The translations under genes and the position numbers were made by a program. Of a stretch of 35,761 nt of DNA, positions 1 to 7,848 are shown piece by piece. Numbering within the stretch: the first letter of the stretch is position 1; every line of letters starts with the position of its first letter. Origin of the DNA: Verrucomicrobiota bacterium (lineage in GTDB: Bacteria > Verrucomicrobiota > Verrucomicrobiia > Limisphaerales > CANJSG01); contig JBBQXJ010000047.1 of assembly GCA_038209745.1 (NCBI GenBank), positions 1 through 35,761 on the forward strand, read 5' to 3'. The notes below the pieces were generated by a model. It worked only from the letters and a program-made list of their open reading frames with translations, had not been told where the DNA came from and did not search any database.

Positions 1-167
1 ACGCACCCGCCCAGATCGATGACGAAGTGTTTGATGCCCTGTTCACCCAAGCCGTTGAGGAGCCGCTTGAAGTTGACGCTCACGGCAAAGTTGGCCCTCC
101 CGATGACCTTGATGCAGGCCAGGTTTTCGAGGGTCGACACCAAGAGTTTGGCGGCTGGAATGCTCAT
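1..167 (-). CDS. STAS-domain protein / anti-sigma factor antagonist (5' part only, runs off window)
   Basis: Not in the ORF track. Manual translation from ATG at 167 gives MSIPAAKLLVSTLENLACIKVIGRANFAVSVNFKRLLNGLGEQGIKHFVIDLGGC..., with the STAS pattern (IKVxGRANF, then 'VIDL..C'). Confidence 0.7.
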   Translation of the reverse strand, partial: MSIPAAKLLVSTLENLACIKVIGRANFAVSVNFKRLLNGLGEQGIKHFVIDLGGC

Positions 168-223
168 ACGACGCTAGGACAAAATATCGGAAGGTCGGCC
201 GACAGCGTCAAGCTGCCATCCGT

Positions 224-1375
224 TCAATTCTGCGCAGAAACACCCCCGTCCGACTTTCGGCCAACGATCTGCATCATTGTCTGCTGAAGCACCAAACCGT
301 TGTCCAGGCTGCTGGAAACGAGTCTCCGATTGCAGTCGAGGAGGCGCTTCATCGCCGCCACCAGTTCGACGTCGGTGTAGTTGGCGGCCTGCGGCAGGGC
401 CTTGAACAGCACGAACGGGTTCACCGAAAGGGGATTGAACTTCTTGTCGCTGGGGAGCGCATCGGCCGGGACCGATTCCAGGGCTCCCTTGAATCGGCTG
501 TAGTCCATGCCGCCCTTCACCCACCCGCGCCGCACCATTTCTTTCAGGAAGAGCATGGCGCGCACCTTGGTGATGAGGCCGAAGAGCAGCCCGATGGCGG
601 ACTTCTGCTTGTCGGTCTTGATGGCCCAGAGCTCGTCTTCCAGACAACGCAGCACACGGGACAGGTCACGATCGCCGACGGCGTCGCCCAGGGCGAAGGC
701 CCGGGCCTGGCGGCTCTTGGTCACGATGGCGTCCACGTCCGCCGTCGTGATCCGGGTCGCGTCACCGACATACAGCGCCACTTTTTCCGCCTCGGATTCG
801 AGGTTCCGGCTGTTGGGTCCGACGGATTCGACCATCTCCTGCACGGCGCGATCGTCGACCTGTTTGCCTCGTTCCCGGAGGGCCTTGCGGACGATCAACT
901 CGGCCTGGTCCGGCCAGTTGCGGTCGTCGGCGGACAGGCCGGCGAAGCTTTCCACCGAGCCGATCTTGCCGAACGTCTTGTAGAAGGTCTTCCGCTTGTC
1001 GACCTTCCCCGCGCTGACGACCAGGCGAACGGTGCCCCACGGGGTGCGCTTGAACTCCTCGACGAGTTCCCCGACGGCTTCGGTGACGGCGGCGGTGCAG
1101 GCGGTGCGGTCGTCCCCGAGGAAGTTGCAGTCCTTGAACCAGACGGCTTTGCCCGAGCCGAAGAACGGCAAGGTCTGAAGGGCTTCGCGCAACCGGCCAA
1201 TGGCCTTCAACGCCTCGCCGCTGTTGCCGGCGGTGGCGTCGATGGTCTCATGGTCCATGCCGCCGAGCTCCTCGCTCCACTGGTTGAAGAGGGCGCGGCC
1301 CCGTTGTTTGACGGCAAGGTCGTCGTCTCCGCAGACGAGGAAGAGGTGGGGATTGCCCGGGTCGCCCGTGGCCAT
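224..1375 (-). CDS. holA: DNA polymerase III delta subunit
   Basis: N-terminal 'LFLVCGDD', 'LQTLPFFG', 'VDKRKTFYK', 'LESEAEKVALY', 'AFALGDAV'; 383 aa is a typical HolA length and layout. Confidence 0.88.
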   Translation of the reverse strand: MATGDPGNPHLFLVCGDDDLAVKQRGRALFNQWSEELGGMDHETIDATAGNSGEALKAIGRLREALQTLPFFGSGKAVWFKDCNFLGDDRTACTAAVTEAVGELVEEFKRTPWGTVRLVVSAGKVDKRKTFYKTFGKIGSVESFAGLSADDRNWPDQAELIVRKALRERGKQVDDRAVQEMVESVGPNSRNLESEAEKVALYVGDATRITTADVDAIVTKSRQARAFALGDAVGDRDLSRVLRCLEDELWAIKTDKQKSAIGLLFGLITKVRAMLFLKEMVRRGWVKGGMDYSRFKGALESVPADALPSDKKFNPLSVNPFVLFKALPQAANYTDVELVAAMKRLLDCNRRLVSSSLDNGLVLQQTMMQIVGRKSDGGVSAQN

Positions 1376-1376
1376 T

Positions 1377-1835
1377 CTATTCTTCCTCTTCCTTGCCGCC
1401 GTTTTGGTTCATCTGATCGAGGACCTCGGTCATGTCCTCCACTTCTTCAAACAAGGCGCTCAGGACGAAGATCTTCTTCTTCTGGGCGGCGGCGAGGGCG
1501 AGGCAATCGCTGGGGCGGGCGTCGAGCTCGACCATCTTGGTGCCGAGCTCGTTCTCCTGTTTCAGCAGGAGCCGGGCGTAGTAGGTGGAGTTCTTCAGCT
1601 CGGTGATGAGGACGCGTTCCACCGAAATCCCGAAACCCAGCAGGATCGAACCGATCAGGTCGTGGGTCAGGGGGCGTTCCTTCGGCGTGTCCCGCAGGAA
1701 CATGCCGATGACCGTCCCCATGGTGCTCTCCACCTGGATCACGAAGACCTTCTCGCTGTTGCCGAGGAAGATGGCGCATCCGTTGTTGGAGGGAAGGATC
1801 CCCCGGATATCCACCGGCACGACGTCGCTGTTCAT
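1377..1835 (-). CDS. Bifunctional nuclease family protein (DUF151/BFN)
   Basis: Motifs 'ERPLTHDL', 'TYYARL', 'LDARPSDCLALA'. Start taken at MNSDVV (ATG 1835). Confidence 0.9.
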   Translation of the reverse strand: MNSDVVPVDIRGILPSNNGCAIFLGNSEKVFVIQVESTMGTVIGMFLRDTPKERPLTHDLIGSILLGFGISVERVLITELKNSTYYARLLLKQENELGTKMVELDARPSDCLALAAAQKKKIFVLSALFEEVEDMTEVLDQMNQNGGKEEEE

Positions 1836-1913
1836 GGATGGACTTTCAGAAATGAACGGCAAAAAGACAAGCGGGGCGTGTCCCTCGCCCGCCGACTCCC
1901 GCAAATCGCCAAG

Positions 1914-3422
1914 TTACGGTGCCGCAGAAGGATCCAGATATGCGGCCGCCCGCTCCAAACGAATCTTGGCGACCGAGTAGTCCCGGAGGGCGACGGTCCG
2001 CGTGTTCCGCGCCTCCGTCAGGGCGGTTTCCGCATCGAGGATCTCAAGCTGGGTGCCGGTGCCCGCTTCGCTCCGGCTCCGGGCGAGACGCAGGGCTTCC
2101 TCCGCCTGTTCGACGGTCTTTTCCTGCGACTGGAGCACTTCGCGCGCATCGTTCACGGTAGACCAGGCGGTGCGGACTTCGAGCCCGATCTGGCGCCGCG
2201 TGTCGCGCAGCGCTTCCTCCGCGCTTTCAACCCGGGCCGTCGCTTCGACGACCCGTCCCTGGGTCAAGGCGCCGTCCCAGAGGTTCCAGCTCAACCGCGC
2301 ACCGACGAACCAACCTTCGACGACGTCGCCCGGGTCGTTGTTGAAGCTCGAATTCCTCCCGCCATAGCCGGCGAAGGCCTGCACCGCCGGCCGCCGGCCC
2401 GCCTTCGACGTGGCGATGTCCTCCTGCCGCAACGCGATGTCCTGGCGCAAGGCTTCCAGTTCGGGCCGCCGGTCGAGCGCACGGGCCAGGGCGGCGTCGA
2501 GTCCGAATCCAACCGGCTCGGATCGAAGCCGGTCGGCGAGCACCAGCGGAATGTCGTCCTGCATCGTGATCGGAAGGTCGTAGCCGAGCAGGTTCACCAG
2601 GTTGTTCTTGGAGGTCCGGAAGGCGTTGCGGGCCTTGATCAGCCGGGGCTTCGCGTTGGCCACCGCCACTTCGGCCCGCAGGACGTTGAAGCGCGTCGCG
2701 GTGCCGGCATCGAAGCGCTTCTGGTTGTCCGACAGCTCACGCTCCAACAAAGTCACCGAAGCTTCCTGCACCAGGATCTGCTCCGCCGCCAACAACACGT
2801 CGTCATAGGCGACGAGCACGCTCGCGATCGTATCGAGCCGCACGGAGGCAAAGCGGGCCCCGGCCTGTTCGCGGAGAAACGTGTCGCTTCGCCGGCCGGA
2901 CTTGATGCGGCCGCCCTCATAGAGCGGTTGGACGACCTGCGCGCTGGCCGACCAGTTCTGGTTGCCCGATCCCGGGAACCCCGCGAACGTCTCGATCGCG
3001 CCCTTGTCCTGGACCTTGTATTCGCTGCTGATCTGGACCCGAGGCTGCCCCACCGAACGACTCTGCTGTCCCCGGCCTTCAGCGGCGGTGACGTCCGCCT
3101 TGGCCTGGAGCAACGCCCCGTTCTGCCGCAACGCCAGTTCAACCGCCTCCACCCGTGACAACGGTTGCCGGAAGAGATCGGCGGTCGCGGGGGTGTTCGT
3201 CTGGGCCTGCACCGAAACAGTGCCCACCAGAAAAACCATGGCCGCCGCGAAGCTCGTCATCGCCCCGGCGATCAATCCCATTTTCCACTTCTCTCTCGCG
3301 AGGAAAGGAATCCGGCTTCCGACCACCGGCACGGTCAGCGCGCGGTCCAGTTGGCGTTCCGCCGCCACGACATTCGCATGGCGGATCCTAGGCAGTGGTG
3401 GCTCGGCTCTCATGGCATTCAT
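1914..3422 (-). CDS. TolC family outer-membrane efflux protein
   Basis: Duplicated OEP repeats ('QPLYEGG', 'RFDAGTATRFNVLRAEV', 'LSWNLWDG', 'AGTGTQLEILDAE') and a hydrophobic signal ending VQA-Q. The true start may be downstream, near MGLIAG. Confidence 0.88.
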   Translation of the reverse strand: MNAMRAEPPLPRIRHANVVAAERQLDRALTVPVVGSRIPFLAREKWKMGLIAGAMTSFAAAMVFLVGTVSVQAQTNTPATADLFRQPLSRVEAVELALRQNGALLQAKADVTAAEGRGQQSRSVGQPRVQISSEYKVQDKGAIETFAGFPGSGNQNWSASAQVVQPLYEGGRIKSGRRSDTFLREQAGARFASVRLDTIASVLVAYDDVLLAAEQILVQEASVTLLERELSDNQKRFDAGTATRFNVLRAEVAVANAKPRLIKARNAFRTSKNNLVNLLGYDLPITMQDDIPLVLADRLRSEPVGFGLDAALARALDRRPELEALRQDIALRQEDIATSKAGRRPAVQAFAGYGGRNSSFNNDPGDVVEGWFVGARLSWNLWDGALTQGRVVEATARVESAEEALRDTRRQIGLEVRTAWSTVNDAREVLQSQEKTVEQAEEALRLARSRSEAGTGTQLEILDAETALTEARNTRTVALRDYSVAKIRLERAAAYLDPSAAP

Positions 3423-3423
3423 G

Positions 3424-4398
3424 CTATCGGATTGAAACCGCTTCGGCAGCCGTTGTCTTGGCGGCTCCCGGCATTGGCCGTTGGATGAACACGTCGACTT
3501 GCTGGCCCACGTAGACCGGAAAGCTGGGAGGATCCATCTCGAAGATGATCTGGAGGACCCGCGTATCGACGCGCTCCGACGAATCGCCGGTCAACGACTT
3601 CTTCGGCACGACGAAGGGTTCGATCCGCATGAAGCGCAGCGGCATCTTCTTGTCGGTGCTTCCCTTCAGGAAGGCCGTGCCGCTCTCGCCCGCCACCACC
3701 ATCGGCGCGTCCTGTTCGTCCACCTCGGCCCGGATCTGGAGCGTGTTCACATCACCTAGGATCATCGCCGGCTTGGTCGCGGTGAGATTGGCATATTCCC
3801 CGGCGCGGATGTCCACCTGGAGGATCTTGCCGTCGCGCGGAGCCCGGACGGTCAAAATATCCGACTCCGTCTCCGCCTCTTCGATCTGGGCGCGAAGCAC
3901 CGTCAGATCGGCGGCGAGCTTGGCCAGCTTCGCCTTGGCCGCTTCGAGCATGAAGCCCTTCCGCTTCTTCTCGTCCTCGGTGGCCACGTGGTCGCGCTCG
4001 AGCCGCTGCGCCAACTGGAACTGGTCGGTCCAGTCCGCGACGGACACTTCGTCCATCCTGCGCTGCGCCTCGATGCCGGTCATCTGCGCCTTCAAGGTCT
4101 CGACCCGCGCCCGCGCAGCCCGGTTGTCCAATTGAAACAGAGGGGCGTTGCTGACGACGGTTTCACCCACGCGCACTGCGACCCCCGAAACGAGTCCGGC
4201 GTGCGCCGGCGCGATGGCGACGTTGTCCCGGCGGGCCTCGATGATGCCGGAAGCGGCGACGAAGCGTTCATAGGGCGAACGTGTGGGCTCGGCCACCGGC
4301 GGCGGCACGGGCGGCTTCTTCTGGAGCTTTTGCACCATGAAAACCGTCCCGACGATGCCGGCCAAGGCGAGGTAGAAGCTGAAGCGTTTGAACAACAT
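3424..4398 (-). CDS. Efflux periplasmic adaptor subunit (HlyD/DevB-like MFP)
   Basis: N-terminal TM anchor, lipoyl half-motifs ('GLVSGVAVRVGETV', 'VRAPRDGKILQV'), 'DSSERVDTRVLQ', 'VYVGQQVDV'. GAAAGGAACC precedes ATG 4398. Confidence 0.87.
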   Translation of the reverse strand: MLFKRFSFYLALAGIVGTVFMVQKLQKKPPVPPPVAEPTRSPYERFVAASGIIEARRDNVAIAPAHAGLVSGVAVRVGETVVSNAPLFQLDNRAARARVETLKAQMTGIEAQRRMDEVSVADWTDQFQLAQRLERDHVATEDEKKRKGFMLEAAKAKLAKLAADLTVLRAQIEEAETESDILTVRAPRDGKILQVDIRAGEYANLTATKPAMILGDVNTLQIRAEVDEQDAPMVVAGESGTAFLKGSTDKKMPLRFMRIEPFVVPKKSLTGDSSERVDTRVLQIIFEMDPPSFPVYVGQQVDVFIQRPMPGAAKTTAAEAVSIR

Positions 4399-4406
4399 GG
4401 TTCCTT

Positions 4407-5162
4407 TCAATAATAGCTTTCCTGGATCTCCGCCGGCGAAGCGTGGACGCGCTGCACGCGCCCGTCCTCCATCTCCGCGATGCGGTCCGCAAACTTGAAG
4501 ATTCGGCTGTCGTGGGTCACGACGACGACGGTGCGGCCGCTGCCCTTGGTGATGGAGGCCAAGAGTTCCATCACATGCTGGCCGTTGTCCTTGTCGAGCG
4601 CCGACGTGGGCTCGTCGCAGATCACCAGGCGGGGTTCATGCACCAGGGCCCGGGCGATCGCCACCCGTTGTTGCTGTCCGCCGGAAAGATTGCCCGGGCG
4701 GTCGTCGCCGCGCCCTTTGAGTCCCACTTCGGCCAGCAGGGCCTCCGAACGCTCGTCCGCGATCCGCTGCTTCACGCCATTGATCAGGAGCGGAATCGTG
4801 ACGTTCTCCCGCACCGAGAGCGTCGGGACCAGATTGAACGACTGGAAGATGAAGCCGATGTTGCGCCCCCGGAACACGGTGACCTCACGCTTGATCATCG
4901 CATGGAGCGAATGGCGGAAGACCTCCACTTCGCCCCGGTCGAATTCCAACGTGCCGGCGATCACGCTGAGCAGCGTCGTCTTGCCGCAGCCCGACGGCCC
5001 GACGACCATCAGCATCTCCCCTTCCCGCGCGTCGAAGTTGACGCCCTTCAGCGCCTGCACGGCGGATTCACCCTTGCCGAAGGTCTTGGTCACGCTTCTC
5101 ACATGGATGGCGACGCCGTTGGCCGGGGGCAAGGGAGTGGAAATGGAGGCGGGATCGGTCAT
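4407..5162 (-). CDS. ABC transporter ATP-binding protein (DevA/LolD-like)
   Basis: Walker A GPSGCGKTT, signature LSGGQQQRVAIARAL, Walker B ICDEPT, VTHD switch. Confidence 0.95.
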   Translation of the reverse strand: MTDPASISTPLPPANGVAIHVRSVTKTFGKGESAVQALKGVNFDAREGEMLMVVGPSGCGKTTLLSVIAGTLEFDRGEVEVFRHSLHAMIKREVTVFRGRNIGFIFQSFNLVPTLSVRENVTIPLLINGVKQRIADERSEALLAEVGLKGRGDDRPGNLSGGQQQRVAIARALVHEPRLVICDEPTSALDKDNGQHVMELLASITKGSGRTVVVVTHDSRIFKFADRIAEMEDGRVQRVHASPAEIQESYY

Positions 5163-5171
5163 GTCGTGGAA

Positions 5172-6311
5172 TCAGCCGCGGAAGACGATGGCGGGCTCCA
5201 GCTGCCGGATCTTCCGGATGCCCAGCAGCGAGGCGAACGAGCAGATGAAGAGGATCGCGACCAGCGTGATCGCGGGCAACTGCCACGGGAGGTCGAACGG
5301 CGGCATGCCCATCGAGAGGAACTTCGCTCCGATTAGACAGGTCAGCCCGAGACCGAGCCCGTAGCCGATCATCCCCACCGCGAACGCCTGCAGCATCACC
5401 ATTCCCATCAAGGTCCGGTCGCTCGCGCCCATCGCCTTGAGCGCGCCGAAGTGCCGCAGGTTCTCCAGGATGAAGGAGTAGAAGGTCTGCCCCGCCACCG
5501 CCACACCGACGATGAACCCGAGCAGGATGGTCATCATGAACGACAGCGGGATGCCGGTGTTCTTGAAGAACCACATGATCGTGGCCTTGCCGAATTCGGC
5601 CTCGGTGTAGGCTCCCAACCCGGTGGCGTCGCGGATCAGTTTCGCCGCCTGCGCCGGAGTCAACCCGTCGGCCGGATGCGCCAGGATGTAGCTGAGCATC
5701 TTTCGCTGCTTCGGCGCGAAACCGAGCGCCTGGTCGTAGGTCGTAAACACATAGGGGTAGCCGAAGAACGACATCTCCGACTCGCAGATGCCGACGATGC
5801 GCGCCTCCTTGTCGTTGATCTCGAAGGTGTCGCCGACGCCGATCGGCCGGGGACGACCGACGCTCAGACGCTTGATCGCGAGCTCGTCGATCACCACGGA
5901 ATTGGGCAGGCGCAGGTCCTCGATCCGGCCTTTCACCATCACGGCGGGACGACCCACCATCGTCGCGCCGTCCAGACCGACGAGCTGGACGGGCTTGAAC
6001 TTTCCATCCGCCAGCCGCGCCTGGAGGATCCCCCAATACATCGGCACGGCCCACGCCACCCCCGGCACGGAGCGGACCCGGCCGACATCCGTGTCCCGCA
6101 TCGGCTTCACCTCGTTCACCTGCTCCACCTTCGGATCCACCACCCAGATCGGGGCCCGCATGTTCTTCAGGTTGCCCTTGGTCCAACCAAGGATGCCCAT
6201 GAACACGCCCGCCTGCTGCGTCATCAGCAGCGCGGCAAAGGTCAGGCCGCTGACCAGCATGATGTACTTTGCCCGGTCGGCGAAGAGCATCTTGAGCGCG
6301 ATTCGATACAT
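5172..6311 (-). CDS. ABC transporter permease (DevC/FtsX-MacB type)
   Basis: One N-terminal TM, large periplasmic domain, three C-terminal TMs, 'FGALKAMGAS', C-terminal 'LEPAIVFR'. Start at MYRIALK (ATG 6311). Confidence 0.9.
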   Translation of the reverse strand: MYRIALKMLFADRAKYIMLVSGLTFAALLMTQQAGVFMGILGWTKGNLKNMRAPIWVVDPKVEQVNEVKPMRDTDVGRVRSVPGVAWAVPMYWGILQARLADGKFKPVQLVGLDGATMVGRPAVMVKGRIEDLRLPNSVVIDELAIKRLSVGRPRPIGVGDTFEINDKEARIVGICESEMSFFGYPYVFTTYDQALGFAPKQRKMLSYILAHPADGLTPAQAAKLIRDATGLGAYTEAEFGKATIMWFFKNTGIPLSFMMTILLGFIVGVAVAGQTFYSFILENLRHFGALKAMGASDRTLMGMVMLQAFAVGMIGYGLGLGLTCLIGAKFLSMGMPPFDLPWQLPAITLVAILFICSFASLLGIRKIRQLEPAIVFRG

Positions 6312-6372
6312 GTCGTTGCTAGTTGTTCCAGTCCCGGAAACCTCCGGGAACACCAATAGAGTGCCAATAGCT

Positions 6373-7053
6373 TCAGGAGGACTTCCGCGCCGGCTTCTTC
6401 GCCGCGTCCCGGAGCGCACGGATCCCCGCCAGCGAAAACGCCGTCACATGCGCCGCCAACCGGTCGATCTCGGCCTCGCCGATCCGCACGTCCGGAAAAG
6501 CCCGCAGGATCACCGGCTGACAATGGATATAGAACAGCGCCTGTCCCACGATGCTCATCCCGCACAGCCGCCGCGTCGCCTCGGGCACCCCCGGGCCGAG
6601 CAGTTCCTGGAGAATTCCCTCCAGCACTTCGCTCGTCGGGCGGACCACGTGCTGGATCAACTGGTCCAGCGCCGCCGTCGGCTCGACCATTTCCCTCATG
6701 ATCATCCGGCTGTGGCGCGTGTCTCCGTCGATGGCGAAGATCCTGAGAAAATACGCACGGACGAACGCGCGGAGCCGATCCGCCGCGGTCGCGCCCTTCG
6801 CGACGTCCAGATCCAGCGGATACCGCGCCATCACCCGGCAGAACGACTCGCGGATCACCTCCGCGTAAAGCCGCTCCTTGTCTCCGAAATGATAATTCAC
6901 CGCCGCCACATTGGCCCCGGCGAGGTGGCAAATAGCGCGGACACGCGCGTGATGGAACCCCACCTCCGCAAAAACCTCCGCCGCCGCCTCGATCAGGGCG
7001 GAACGGGTGCCGGTCGTTTCATGGAGTCGAGATTTGGCGGTCATCGCGGGCAC
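6373..7053 (-). CDS. TetR family regulator with CerR/CecR-type (DUF1956) C-terminal domain
   Basis: HTH 'AAAEVFAEVGF...VRAICHLAGANVAAVNYHFGDKERLY', 'MREMVEPT', 'SIVGQ', 'FSLAGI'. First gene of the exporter operon. Confidence 0.88.
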   Translation of the reverse strand: MPAMTAKSRLHETTGTRSALIEAAAEVFAEVGFHHARVRAICHLAGANVAAVNYHFGDKERLYAEVIRESFCRVMARYPLDLDVAKGATAADRLRAFVRAYFLRIFAIDGDTRHSRMIMREMVEPTAALDQLIQHVVRPTSEVLEGILQELLGPGVPEATRRLCGMSIVGQALFYIHCQPVILRAFPDVRIGEAEIDRLAAHVTAFSLAGIRALRDAAKKPARKSS

Positions 7054-7073
7054 CGCCGGCTCAGCCGGAAGTG

Positions 7074-7113
7074 TTAAACAACAGTTTCAAACATTTGTTT
7101 GAAACGCAAGTTA
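7074..7113. promoter_or_regulatory. Putative TetR/CerR operator: perfect palindrome with flanking degenerate copies
   Basis: GTTTCAAACA-TT-TGTTTGAAAC (7084-7105) is a perfect 10-bp inverted repeat. AAAC-N4-GTT recurs at 7076, 7089 and 7102 (13-bp period) just upstream of the TetR start. Confidence 0.7.
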
Positions 7114-7268
7114 CAGTTTAGGACGACTTGGATCCAACGAGCCTTCGCTGCGATCCAGTCCAAGTCGGAACGCCATCCGCGCGGTCGGCCTCGTTCAACA
7201 CTCCTTGAACTGCCTCCTTTGAAACCTTGACGCCGGGGAACGCTGCTTGGTTCCATGCTGCTCGACCA

Positions 7269-7343
7269 GCCAGCGTAGCTCAGTGGTAGAGCAACGGTTT
7301 TGTAAACCGTCGGTCGTCGGTTCAATCCCGACCGCTGGCTCCA
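7269..7343 (+). tRNA. tRNA-Thr (TGT)
   Basis: Acceptor GCCAGCG/CGCTGGC, D arm GCTCAGTGGTAGAGC, anticodon arm ACGGT-TT-TGT-AA-ACCGT, T arm with GGTTCAATCC, encoded 3' CCA. Confidence 0.97.
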
Positions 7344-7848
7344 TTTCCTTCCTTGTTCACTTTGGGCGTCCATCCCATCGGGGGCTGTCGCTCTTAGCCT
7401 TCCGCAAGAACCTTGTTTCCATATCGATCCGAACCAAAATTTCTGGGTGGTTCCGATTCCTGCCCGGATGCCCCGCACCGTCGTGATCCATGAAACCGAT
7501 GACTGTGTTTCCGCGGCGGATCTTTTCCAGGGTGGTTTGCCGTTCCCGCATCGTGACCGTCACGGGTTTGGGGGGTTCCTTCAATTTCTCGGACGGTGGG
7601 CAAGGATGTGCGGATCGGGGAACCCGGTTGGCCGGTTAGGACCTGTGCCAAAGGGGGCGGTCGACGACGTGTCCCCTCGACGGAAAGTTTCGGTCGAGGC
7701 CGTGTGCCCCGTTTTTTAGTTCACCGGCGTCGGCTTCTAACTCTCGCTCAGGCGGTCGAGCCAAGTCCGGCAGGCTGCCACGGAAACCTCCCGCGTCCGA
7801 CGGGCGGAGCCATCCCCTTCCCCTGAGAATATGGGAACGGGCCCGGGC

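Noticed and set aside
1200..3158. 652-aa plus-strand ORF (likewise 5788-7077, 14879-16666, 21184-22392, 23456-24691 and similar)
   Set aside because: Antisense shadows of clearly identified minus-strand genes in GC-rich DNA; no recognisable motifs.
7357..7651. Short minus-strand ORFs downstream of the tRNA (75 and 85 aa)
   Set aside because: No recognisable motif, RBS or family resemblance.
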